64,000 nt of DNA from a virus: positions 1-64,000 of IMG/VR virus record IMGVR_UViG_3300022752_000027. One strand, given 5' to 3'. The notes beneath the pieces are model-generated. The model was not told the origin of the DNA. It did no database searches and worked only from the letters and a program-made list of their open reading frames with translations. A program made the position numbers and the translations under genes. Below are positions 30,371 to 40,471 of this stretch, piece by piece; the stretch's first letter is position 1, and each line of letters begins with the position of its first letter.

Positions 30371-30379
30371 TTTTGTACT

Positions 30380-33211
30380 ATGTATAATAAAAGCTTTGTA
30401 CAGGCCTATCAAATGGCCCCCACATATATACCAAATTCATTAGCTAAAAAGCCTTTATCAGTAAGGCAGTCATTAGGTCCTGTAGATAGGTCTATGGCTA
30501 ATGTAGAAACAGAAGGTGGTGAAACTGTATTTCTTCCGGATAAAGAAGGATTGCCAGCACATTTTAGAATACATGGTCCGAGACATACTCAGGGCGGAGT
30601 ACCCATGAATATACCCCCAGACTCTTTTGTATTTAGTGATACAAAGAGTATGAGGATTAAGGATCCAGATCTTATAAAAGAGTTTGGAATGCCTGCAAGT
30701 AAAAAAGGTTATACTCCAGCTGAGATTGCAAAAAAATATGATATAAATAAGTTTAGAAGAATTCTGCAAGATCCAGATTCTGATAAACTGCAGATTCAAA
30801 CTGCAGAGTATAACATTGCAAACTTTCAAGTTAAACTAGGAAAGTTAGCACTAATTCAAGAATCTATGAAAGGATTTCCTGGAGGAATTCCTTTAGTTGC
30901 TATGCCATATCTGGCAAAGTACAACATAGATCCTGAGATGATTTTGCCAACTATTCTTCCATCTGGTGGAGGTAATCAAATGCCTCAACAAATGCCAACA
31001 GCAAGATATGGTGGTGGAATGCAGATGTTCCAAGTTGGTGGAACTAATCAGATGACACCTCAACAACAGGCTGAGTTAGATTCATTACCATCAAGAAGAG
31101 ATATTAGACGTGCAGAAAGAAGAGCAAAACGTGAGGCAGAAAAAAAATATTTAATTAATTACTATGTTCAACTTCTTAATGGAGTTGTTTCAGATACTAC
31201 AGCTGGAAATGATGAGGAAGCCAATTTATCTACAGGCGTATTCTATAGACAAGATTCAAACGGTAACCCATACTACGTAGACGGTAGAGGTATCCGAGTA
31301 AAAAGTTTTGATACTTCTTATTATGGTCCTAATAACTTACCTACTACTAAAGATGGTGAAAGAATTATTGAGAAGAATGGCAAAAGATACCGTGTAACAA
31401 CCACTGTAAAGAAAGGTACTAAGATAGACCAGTCTAAAGTAAAGCCTAAAGATCAAGCTGTTAATAGCGGAGATATATATCTTGAGAATGGTAAGTATTA
31501 CCAAATTGGGGATTATGATACCACAAAACCAATCCGCGCAACTAAATCAGGTCAACAAATTGATCCTGCACAGTTTGAACAAAACAAAATAAAGGCAACT
31601 GAAATTCTTAATAGACTTCAAAAGGATGGTGCTGCAGTATACCATGACCAACCATTTACTGTAGGCAATCAAACTAAAAATCCTGGATGGGAAATTAAGT
31701 CCAATGCCAGAAACAAAATGACTACAGAAGAAAAAGAATTCTTAACTGATTTCTTTTCTGTAGGTAAAAACTCTGGACAGATTGGAGCAGGTACTCCAGA
31801 ATTAAATGTATCTCTACAGGGTGCAGGAGATAGCGGATTCTATGGATTTACTAATCCAGATTTTTATGAATACCGTTTTTGGAAAGCTAGAAATCAAGAT
31901 AAAGCTGCTGCAGATTGGGATAAACTTCCAGAAGAAACAGTAAATGGTGTACCTGGTAGAAAGGCTAACAGAAAAAACATGTTACTTAGTATAGGATTTG
32001 ATATTAATGATCCACATCTATCAGCTAACATAGATAATCCTGAGAAGCTTTATAATAAAGACTTTGTATCTGGTAGAAAAGTAGCTAAGCTTAATAGACC
32101 AATAAAAGATGCCGATGGTAAGGAGTACAACAATCTTGGATTTGCAGATGCTTTAGAATCTTATTTTACAGATGCTGACTTCAGACCAGGACTTGGTTCT
32201 GATAAAAAATTAGGTCTTGAACATGCTGATGCATTTACCTATGACAAACCTGTTACAGAAGTTTCTCCTGGAGATGAGGAAGTAACTAAAGAAGAGGAAA
32301 TTCTTAAAAAAGAAACTCCTAATTATAGAAGATCAGGAGCATATGCACCTTGGTGGTTACAAGATATTATAAAAACATCAGGAGCATTATATGATCTATA
32401 CGACATTAAAAAATATAAGCCATATAAGCCTACATATGCGCCATATGTTCCTAGTCCTACGTTCTATGATCCAACCAGAGAAATAGCTGCTCTGCAGGAA
32501 ACTGCAGGTATTGCTACTGATGTAATGCGGGGTATGGGAACTAGTGCACAATCAATGGGTGCTAGACTTGCCGCCATTCAAGGTACAGCTGCAGAAAGTA
32601 TTGCAAATACAATGGGTAAATACAACAACTTAAATGTTGGTGTAGCTAATGAATTTGCATACAAGAAAGCTGATATCATGAATGAGGCAGCGATAAAGAA
32701 CCAAATGTTTACTAAGCAATACGTAGATGAGTTTAATACACTTAATCAAAACTACGATAATGCTAAACGTATGGCTAGAGGTAATCTACGTCAATCTTAT
32801 ATTGATGCTGTTACAAATAGGGCGCAGGCACAGGTATTAAATGATCTGTATCCTAATTACCAAATTGACCCAGCTACTGGTGGCTTTATGGTATTTAACA
32901 GAGGAACAGATATGGTTCCAGATGAAAATGCTGGACAAACATCTATGGCTAGACAAAATGCTGATGCATTCTATAATTGGTGGAAGAATGATCATCCAGA
33001 TCTTGATGCTGATCAGGCTACTTCTATCTGGACTGCTACGTCAAGAATGAAACCTCAGACCATGACTCCACAACAGGATTATTATAATGCATATTCTAAT
33101 GTGCTTAATAGTAACATGCCTGTGCAGAATCCTGGACCTGGTAATTATTATCTGAATCAAAGAAACGGTGGACCTGTACCATTTACATATACAGTAGGCT
33201 ATTCACGATAA
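30380..33211 (+). CDS. Putative cargo protein
   Basis: ANVETEGGE...GPRHTQGGVP...FVFSD motif recalled from crAss-like cargo proteins; Cys-free. Confidence 0.65.
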   Translation: MYNKSFVQAYQMAPTYIPNSLAKKPLSVRQSLGPVDRSMANVETEGGETVFLPDKEGLPAHFRIHGPRHTQGGVPMNIPPDSFVFSDTKSMRIKDPDLIKEFGMPASKKGYTPAEIAKKYDINKFRRILQDPDSDKLQIQTAEYNIANFQVKLGKLALIQESMKGFPGGIPLVAMPYLAKYNIDPEMILPTILPSGGGNQMPQQMPTARYGGGMQMFQVGGTNQMTPQQQAELDSLPSRRDIRRAERRAKREAEKKYLINYYVQLLNGVVSDTTAGNDEEANLSTGVFYRQDSNGNPYYVDGRGIRVKSFDTSYYGPNNLPTTKDGERIIEKNGKRYRVTTTVKKGTKIDQSKVKPKDQAVNSGDIYLENGKYYQIGDYDTTKPIRATKSGQQIDPAQFEQNKIKATEILNRLQKDGAAVYHDQPFTVGNQTKNPGWEIKSNARNKMTTEEKEFLTDFFSVGKNSGQIGAGTPELNVSLQGAGDSGFYGFTNPDFYEYRFWKARNQDKAAADWDKLPEETVNGVPGRKANRKNMLLSIGFDINDPHLSANIDNPEKLYNKDFVSGRKVAKLNRPIKDADGKEYNNLGFADALESYFTDADFRPGLGSDKKLGLEHADAFTYDKPVTEVSPGDEEVTKEEEILKKETPNYRRSGAYAPWWLQDIIKTSGALYDLYDIKKYKPYKPTYAPYVPSPTFYDPTREIAALQETAGIATDVMRGMGTSAQSMGARLAAIQGTAAESIANTMGKYNNLNVGVANEFAYKKADIMNEAAIKNQMFTKQYVDEFNTLNQNYDNAKRMARGNLRQSYIDAVTNRAQAQVLNDLYPNYQIDPATGGFMVFNRGTDMVPDENAGQTSMARQNADAFYNWWKNDHPDLDADQATSIWTATSRMKPQTMTPQQDYYNAYSNVLNSNMPVQNPGPGNYYLNQRNGGPVPFTYTVGYSR

Positions 33212-33268
33212 TTTAAACCTGAAAAGTTTATTAAACTTTATAAATTTTTTCGTATTTTAGTATAAGAA

Positions 33269-36200
33269 ATGGCAACGTACATACCTGGCATACAAGATTA
33301 CATTCCACAAATCCAGCCGTTCAAGCCGGATTTTAACTTTTTCCAATCTGCATTAGAGCAGAAACAACAGCAGTATCAAGCTGGCTATAATAAGATTAGT
33401 GCCGTATATGGCCAACTTCTTAATTCTGAGCTACTTAGAGATGCTAATAAGGAAAGAAGGGATGCGTTATTTACAGAAATTGACGCAGATATCAAAAGGC
33501 TTTCTGGCGTAGATTTATCTCTGCAGGAAAATGTCAAAGAGGCAAGTAAGCTATTCCAACCTTTAATTAATAATGATTACTTTAGAAAGGATGTAGCATA
33601 TACTAAACAACATTATGCTCAGCTCAGAAGAGCAGATGGCATGATGAGAAATCCTGATCCTAAAAGTGATGAAAGATATTGGCAAGAAGGTGTTACAGCA
33701 TTGCATTATCAGGCTGAAGATTTTTCTAAATCAACAGATGAAGAATCAATGCGATATAGAAATCCTGTCTATACGCCGAAGATTGATGTAACAGAAAAAC
33801 TATTTAAGTTCGGTAAAGATAACGACATTAATCCTGAGTCAGATCCAATCCGTAGTGGTGGCTTCATGTATAAGTACACCAATGGTAGACCAGCAATTCC
33901 AACATTACAAAATACATTCTCTTCGGTGCTTATGTCAGACCCTAGAATTAAGGCAATGACTGATACTGAAGCATATCTAGAAAGAAAGAATTACTCTAAA
34001 GAGAATGCTACTAGATTTAATGGAGATGAGTTAGCAGCTGAGACAGAATATTTGCAAAACAAAATTGCAGACATTAATAAGTATTATGAAAAAGCTACTA
34101 AACAAACTGAAGAGAAGGCCAATAGAGTAAATACTACTAAGAAGGTTATTGAAGATAGAATTGCTACTTATGGTATTGACCCAGACCTAGACCAAGATCT
34201 TGTTAAAATGTACCAAGGTGCAATGACAGATCAAAGCACTATTGCTAGTAATCAGCAAAAAAATAAAGATGTTACTAGCCAAATCAACGGTATAGATATG
34301 AATTCTCTTGACAGGGAATCATTACGCTATAGAGTAGATAATGCAATGTCCTACTTTAAAATTGATGGACTTGCTGCTCAGACTGCAGAACAATATGCAA
34401 TGAGCAAACAAAAGGTTGATTTTCAGGTAGATCCTTATGCTCTTGAAGCTACTAAGCATAGATATGCTATGGCTAGACAAGATGATCAGCAAGACCATGA
34501 AAAGAAAATGAAAATCATGGACATTGCTAGTGAAATGTTTAAAGCAAGTGGCAATGCTCAGGCTGGTAAAAGTCTTAATCCATTTTATGGAACTGGATTG
34601 CTTCTAAAGATCCCTACTCCTGGAGGAGTTACAGCTGATAATTTAGATATACAAAGAGGAAATGAAGCTGCTGCTCAAACTAAATTAGATCAAAGTACTA
34701 AAATAGTTGATACAAACATTGAGGATTTTCTCGCTATACAAAACAGTATAATCAAAAATCCTGGTGCTACTCCTGAACAAAAAGCAAAGGCAGAACAGGA
34801 TATAAAAGATAGATTAGGTGAGTATCAGGTAGTAAGTAAACAAGAAGCATATACTAAAGATCTTCCTACAGACGTAACTGATTTTGGAGCCGGAATAGGT
34901 AAAATATTACTTGGCGCAGGATTATGGACAGAGGCTATTGCAGGAACTATATTTACTGGTGGATTTTCATTGCCTGCTCAAATTGGAGTAGCATCAACAG
35001 GCACAATTGCTATTGGTAAAGGTATATCAGATATTGTTGGTGCTGTAGGGGGCAAAGAAGAAGTTGGAGAAAAAATAACTCAGTCAAAAGGCTTGGTTGT
35101 TAAAAATGCTAATGGAACATATGATCTAGTACCTCAAGCTCAAAGAACACATTTTACTGATCCTAGCAGTGAAAGTTACTATGATAATGTAAATAAGAAA
35201 GTTCTTGAAGGTTTAAATGAAACCTATGCTTTATATAAAGGAACTCCATATGAAGGAATAATTAGAGAAAAAATTAATAAGACTAACGATAGACAACAGC
35301 AGCTTAAAACTTATAATGATGTTTTAGATGGTGTAAAGAGAATAACAACTGAAAATAATCAGGTACTTAGCACAGCAATGGCTAATGAAGCTGGTACAAC
35401 GGCTGAAAATGCAAAGTTATATTGGAAACCTGATATGACTGGCAGTAGGACAGAAAATGAATTTGTTTCTGCATATGTAGAAGCTAACAAAAATAATACA
35501 AAGGATTATCCTCAAACTACATTTATGAGTTATGTAGTCGGCTCTACTTTTGCTGATTTTACTGGAGATACAAAATGGACAGTGTCAGAGGAAGAAAGAC
35601 TTCAAGATATGAGAGATGATGCTATTGATCTCTATGAAGAACTAATAGATGCCCATGAAACATTAGCTAAAAATCCTGATGGTAATTTAAAACTTAAATC
35701 AGTATTTGATGATGGACTAGTTGCAGATGAGGGTATAAATAGATTTTTTTCAAATGCGTCATATTATGGATTTGATGCTGCTTTTTATGACGAGGCAGGA
35801 TTTAAAATGGGAATGGATTTCTTTCAAAAAGATTTTATACCAAAAACAGCATCTCCATCGTTTAGAGATGAGAATGGCGTTAAGATAGTCTATGGCTCAG
35901 GTCTAGAAATTACTAGAGATGAGTATGCTGAAATGAAGCATGATCCAAAAGCTGAAATGGCACTTAAAACATTTTTGGCATCAGCATCAATGAACTATGG
36001 AGGTAAGACCGGTGAAAATCAAATGAGACCTACCGGGGCATATTATCTAAGTGCAATTGCAGCTAATGATGCTAATAAAGTAGCAATGACTTGGGAACTT
36101 GATCCAGCATGGGTAAAAGAACATGCAGGTACTAAAGATGCGCATGGACCAACTTGGGACTTACAGCAAAAGTTTGCCGAAAAGGAAAAAGAAAAAGGTG

Positions 36201-36595
36201 GTATTCCTGACTATAAGATAACATTCTTTATGGATGCTGATAAAGCAGAGTCATCACCATTCCAAGCAATGCAGCTTTCAAGTGAAGAAATGCTAATGAA
36301 TATGAATGGTCAAATTACACTTGATGCTCATGAAAAATATGCTGGAAATGCAAGTATTTCTAAAAGTGCATTAGGTGGCTATACATATAATGGTTACATA
36401 AAAGCCATGGATGAACTTGGTAATTATATAACTAATCCAATATTTGGAAATTCTGATGCTGACCTAAACTCTCTATATGGGTATCTTAATAATATAATGG
36501 GTTCAGCAGCAATGTCAAATATGCAACAAGAAGCAGCATTAAGAAACCAACAGAATCTTCAGTTTGATCCAACAGCAGTGCTTGAAACAGAATAA
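33269..36595 (+). CDS. Putative ejected protein with a membrane-inserting segment
   Basis: 1108 aa, helical, Cys-free; Gly-rich hydrophobic hairpin near the middle. Confidence 0.6.
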   Translation: MATYIPGIQDYIPQIQPFKPDFNFFQSALEQKQQQYQAGYNKISAVYGQLLNSELLRDANKERRDALFTEIDADIKRLSGVDLSLQENVKEASKLFQPLINNDYFRKDVAYTKQHYAQLRRADGMMRNPDPKSDERYWQEGVTALHYQAEDFSKSTDEESMRYRNPVYTPKIDVTEKLFKFGKDNDINPESDPIRSGGFMYKYTNGRPAIPTLQNTFSSVLMSDPRIKAMTDTEAYLERKNYSKENATRFNGDELAAETEYLQNKIADINKYYEKATKQTEEKANRVNTTKKVIEDRIATYGIDPDLDQDLVKMYQGAMTDQSTIASNQQKNKDVTSQINGIDMNSLDRESLRYRVDNAMSYFKIDGLAAQTAEQYAMSKQKVDFQVDPYALEATKHRYAMARQDDQQDHEKKMKIMDIASEMFKASGNAQAGKSLNPFYGTGLLLKIPTPGGVTADNLDIQRGNEAAAQTKLDQSTKIVDTNIEDFLAIQNSIIKNPGATPEQKAKAEQDIKDRLGEYQVVSKQEAYTKDLPTDVTDFGAGIGKILLGAGLWTEAIAGTIFTGGFSLPAQIGVASTGTIAIGKGISDIVGAVGGKEEVGEKITQSKGLVVKNANGTYDLVPQAQRTHFTDPSSESYYDNVNKKVLEGLNETYALYKGTPYEGIIREKINKTNDRQQQLKTYNDVLDGVKRITTENNQVLSTAMANEAGTTAENAKLYWKPDMTGSRTENEFVSAYVEANKNNTKDYPQTTFMSYVVGSTFADFTGDTKWTVSEEERLQDMRDDAIDLYEELIDAHETLAKNPDGNLKLKSVFDDGLVADEGINRFFSNASYYGFDAAFYDEAGFKMGMDFFQKDFIPKTASPSFRDENGVKIVYGSGLEITRDEYAEMKHDPKAEMALKTFLASASMNYGGKTGENQMRPTGAYYLSAIAANDANKVAMTWELDPAWVKEHAGTKDAHGPTWDLQQKFAEKEKEKGGIPDYKITFFMDADKAESSPFQAMQLSSEEMLMNMNGQITLDAHEKYAGNASISKSALGGYTYNGYIKAMDELGNYITNPIFGNSDADLNSLYGYLNNIMGSAAMSNMQQEAALRNQQNLQFDPTAVLETE

Positions 36596-36597
36596 CT

Positions 36598-39500
36598 ATG
36601 GTAGATAACTTTCAGATACCTACTGGTAATCAAGGGGTAGATCCTATTGATCAGTATCTTACTACTCTTGCAAAAACAACACAGTATTTAGATCAAGCTG
36701 TACCCAGATTAGAACAAGGCATAGATCAGATATTACCTCCTCAAGCAAAAAATAAGTCTCAGTATACTGGTTTTAACCAACAGAAAGCTGATGCAGCTTT
36801 GGGTACTTATAATGGTATGGCTTCGTTTACTCCTAATAATACAAAGCCAAAACAAGGAGGAAACGTTGATTATATACAAGGACTGATTGCATCAGCAATA
36901 TCATCACCCATTCCTACATCTGGTGCTGCAAGCCAAGTAAGAAAAACTGGTTTTGCAGCTGGTCCAGATAAATTAAACTTTGATAGGTATTATGCACATA
37001 ATGCATATAAGAAACTTGGATGGAATCCTTACGTAGATAACGAGGCTATTTATAATGCTAATAGTTCTTGGACAGATGATTTTGGAAGAGCATGGGACCA
37101 GTGGGGAAAGCTTGCATCATTAGGTTTTAAACAGACTGCCCAAAATTGGGATGATTTGTTTACTTTAAATACTGCTGGGGATACCAAAAATGCCAGAGAA
37201 ATGAATAGATTAATGTCTATTTCATCATCTACAAGAGGTGGTATTGGTGGTTTTGTTACGAATCAATTTGCAAATTCTGCCTACACATTTGGTGTAATGG
37301 GAGAAATACTTGCAGAAGAAGCTGCATTATGGGGAGCAACTGCATTAACTGAAGGTGCATTAGCATCACCTGCCGTAGCTAGAACTGCAGCCAATATAAA
37401 AAAATTATTTTCTGCGGGTAACGCCGCTGAAAATGCTGCAGATGCCATAAGAGCAAGTAAGACTGTTGAAGAAGCAAAATCTATGACTACTGCCGTAAAT
37501 TCTGTTCAGGATGTTTCTCAAGCTAGAAAGTTTTGGAATGGTGTGGCTGGATTTATAAATCCATTTTCCGATACTGCTGAGACAATAAAGAATATTAGAA
37601 CAGGTGCCAACGGCTACGATAAATTAACAGATGTAGCTAAAGCCACTAAAACATTTGGAGCATTCTTTAGGGATATGCGACTCATGAATACAGCACTAGC
37701 AGAATCAAGATTAGAAGGAGGCTTTGTACAAAATGAAGTCTTCAATAAACTTATTCAAGATTGGAATAAGAACAATGTTGTTCCGCCAGATGATATAGCA
37801 GCAAACAAAATGCTTAAGCAAGCAAAAGATGCTGGTATTAGAACAACAATGATGAATATGCCAGCAATTCTATATTCTAATAAGATTGTATTTGATAAGG
37901 CATTAAACGGATTCAAACCATTTAGAGAAACCTTAGATGGTAGTCTTGGTACAATGGTAAAGAAACTAGGTGGCAAGGGTAAGGCATACGAAGGATTTAT
38001 AGATACGGCTAATCCTAAAACATGGTTTACTAAAAGAAATTTTAAAAGAATTGGTAACCAGTTCAAGCCAGCAAACATAGCAAAAGGAGGAATGAGATAC
38101 TTATCTGCCAACCTAGCAGAAGGATTGCAGGAAGTATATCAAGAAGCTATAAGTGAAGCCACAACTAATTACTTTACACAGAAGTATCTTAATGCAGATA
38201 GAGCAGGTTACTTGTCATATGCTGCTGCATTAGGTGAAGGATTTGGAAATCAGATATCTGGTAAAGGTGCTGAAACATTCTTATCTGGTTTCTTGATGGG
38301 AGGTCTTGTACAAGGACCACAAGCATTAGCATTTCAGTATGCTCCGCAGGTAGTTAAAGACTTTCAGGAAAGAAGAAAAGATCCAGCAAAGTATGCTGAA
38401 AGACAAAATCTTAGAAAGCAACAACAAGAAAAGATAACTAACTTCCTTAATAAAGTAGCAGAAGACCCTAAAGCCGTGTTTGATCCTGTATATGCTAATC
38501 TACAGGCACAAAAGGACTTTGCAACAAAGATGGATCTAGCTGAAGCTGATGGTAATAAGAAAGAACATAAAGATGCTTCTCAGGATTCAATACTTGAACA
38601 TGTACAACTTCTTTTAAATAAGGGATATATTGATTTATTAAAAGATCAGATTTCAAGTTTTAAAGGACTAAGCGATGCTGAATTACTTCAGGCATTTGGA
38701 TATAGTCAAGAAAATGGAAATGCTAATGAGTATAATAAATCTATTAGGGAAAAACTAAATGGTGTAGAGGCAAAGATTGAAGAGATTACCAAAAGACATG
38801 AGAAGTATAGTAGTATAAAGAATCCATTTGATCCAGACTCTGATGAGTTTCTTGATTATGCAGGATTTGAAACTGCAAGACAAGCAGCTATCTATAACGA
38901 ATATACTTTTAGCCAAGCTGAAAAAAGAATGGCTGGTATTCTACAGGAGACTTCTAAATTTGCTGGAGGTGCTGTTGCTGGTACTATTACTAATCTTTTT
39001 AATCTAGATCAGTTAAATAATGAAATCAAACTTTTAAAACAAGAGGCTACAGTATTATCTCAGGGTGATGCAGAGCAAAAGAAACTTGCAAAGAAAAAAC
39101 AAAAGGCATTAGATGCATTAACTGCCCTTAGAGGAAGTATTGAACTGTATAGTCAAGACCTTGAAAAGCATAGAAAAAGTCTTGTAGATAAGGAAGCAAA
39201 AAAAGAATTATCAGAAGACGGCACACCAGAATATTTAGAATATTCAAGAAAAGAACTTGATAATGATTTAAGAAAATACATCTCTACAATTACTGGACTA
39301 CCTCTAGATGATGCATCTATGGATAAACTGGTTATTGATTTCCAGGATTATTATGAATTAGATCATGACAAACGTGTAGCTAGTGTTAACGTAAATAAAC
39401 TTAATGATCCTAACTTCTTCTTTAAGACAGCAAGAAGATTTAGTGAATCACAAAGAGAAACTCTTAAGGCAGCACAGAAATATATAAATGATGCCTATGC

Positions 39501-40470
39501 TGAATTCATGCGTAGGAAAGATAGCAATCAGTTACTAGGGGACTTGTACGATAAGTATAAGGTATTTGTACTACCTGAAGATATTGCTGATTTTGTTGCT
39601 GGTAAAAAACTACCTTCAGAGTTTGTTGATGTGGCTACCAAAGTTCCTCTTGAAAAAGACAGTCCTAAGTATGCCGAAATAATAATGTATCTCAAAGAGT
39701 TTGAAGAAGCTATGGGATACAAGTTTGAAGGTATGCCAGAGATTGTAGAAGTAGAGGAAGAAAAACCTGAAGAGGTTAAAGAGGAAGAAGTAAGTCTACA
39801 ACCTGAAACTCCAACAGTAACTAAACCAGTTACTACAGATATGGCTGTAGGAGATATTCCTAAAGACCTTATTGCCCAATTACGTGCACAATTTAGAATT
39901 GATAATAATAATATGATTAATGCAGGGCAGACTGCTATGATGGAATCTGAATTCTCCAAATGGGTTCAGACTAGTTCTAGTGCTGCTAACATTATTTATA
40001 ACTGGAACATGGCTAATAACCTTATAGATAAGAGTACACCTAGACCACAAGTTTCAGAAAAAGCAACTGGGGTTTCCACAGAATTAGTTAAATTTGAAGA
40101 GTTAACAGAAAACACTGTACTTATAATGAAAGATACTGGCAAGTTCCCATTAAAGCGCGCAAGAGTTATTGAAACTGATGCAGCTAATAGAACTATTACA
40201 GTTCAACCTGTCGGTACCGAAGATAGAGTAACTTTTATAGAAAGTGAAATACCTAATGAAATTGCTAGTATATATAAGACAGGAGTAGTTGCTCCTGAAG
40301 CCACCCCAGAAGTTACCTCTGGAGAACAGCAATTGTCAAATGAAAATTTAACTGCTGTTACTACTGAAGAGGAACTTATAAATAGCATTAACGAGGACGT
40401 GGAAAAAGCCAAGTCCATGACAAAAGAAGATAGAGATAACGACCTTTTAAACTCATTAGGCTGTAAATAA
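36598..40470 (+). CDS. Large ejected protein
   Basis: 1290 aa; EGLQEVYQE and FLSGFLMGG motifs; single penultimate Cys. Confidence 0.65.
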   Translation: MVDNFQIPTGNQGVDPIDQYLTTLAKTTQYLDQAVPRLEQGIDQILPPQAKNKSQYTGFNQQKADAALGTYNGMASFTPNNTKPKQGGNVDYIQGLIASAISSPIPTSGAASQVRKTGFAAGPDKLNFDRYYAHNAYKKLGWNPYVDNEAIYNANSSWTDDFGRAWDQWGKLASLGFKQTAQNWDDLFTLNTAGDTKNAREMNRLMSISSSTRGGIGGFVTNQFANSAYTFGVMGEILAEEAALWGATALTEGALASPAVARTAANIKKLFSAGNAAENAADAIRASKTVEEAKSMTTAVNSVQDVSQARKFWNGVAGFINPFSDTAETIKNIRTGANGYDKLTDVAKATKTFGAFFRDMRLMNTALAESRLEGGFVQNEVFNKLIQDWNKNNVVPPDDIAANKMLKQAKDAGIRTTMMNMPAILYSNKIVFDKALNGFKPFRETLDGSLGTMVKKLGGKGKAYEGFIDTANPKTWFTKRNFKRIGNQFKPANIAKGGMRYLSANLAEGLQEVYQEAISEATTNYFTQKYLNADRAGYLSYAAALGEGFGNQISGKGAETFLSGFLMGGLVQGPQALAFQYAPQVVKDFQERRKDPAKYAERQNLRKQQQEKITNFLNKVAEDPKAVFDPVYANLQAQKDFATKMDLAEADGNKKEHKDASQDSILEHVQLLLNKGYIDLLKDQISSFKGLSDAELLQAFGYSQENGNANEYNKSIREKLNGVEAKIEEITKRHEKYSSIKNPFDPDSDEFLDYAGFETARQAAIYNEYTFSQAEKRMAGILQETSKFAGGAVAGTITNLFNLDQLNNEIKLLKQEATVLSQGDAEQKKLAKKKQKALDALTALRGSIELYSQDLEKHRKSLVDKEAKKELSEDGTPEYLEYSRKELDNDLRKYISTITGLPLDDASMDKLVIDFQDYYELDHDKRVASVNVNKLNDPNFFFKTARRFSESQRETLKAAQKYINDAYAEFMRRKDSNQLLGDLYDKYKVFVLPEDIADFVAGKKLPSEFVDVATKVPLEKDSPKYAEIIMYLKEFEEAMGYKFEGMPEIVEVEEEKPEEVKEEEVSLQPETPTVTKPVTTDMAVGDIPKDLIAQLRAQFRIDNNNMINAGQTAMMESEFSKWVQTSSSAANIIYNWNMANNLIDKSTPRPQVSEKATGVSTELVKFEELTENTVLIMKDTGKFPLKRARVIETDAANRTITVQPVGTEDRVTFIESEIPNEIASIYKTGVVAPEATPEVTSGEQQLSNENLTAVTTEEELINSINEDVEKAKSMTKEDRDNDLLNSLGCK

Positions 40471-40471
40471 A

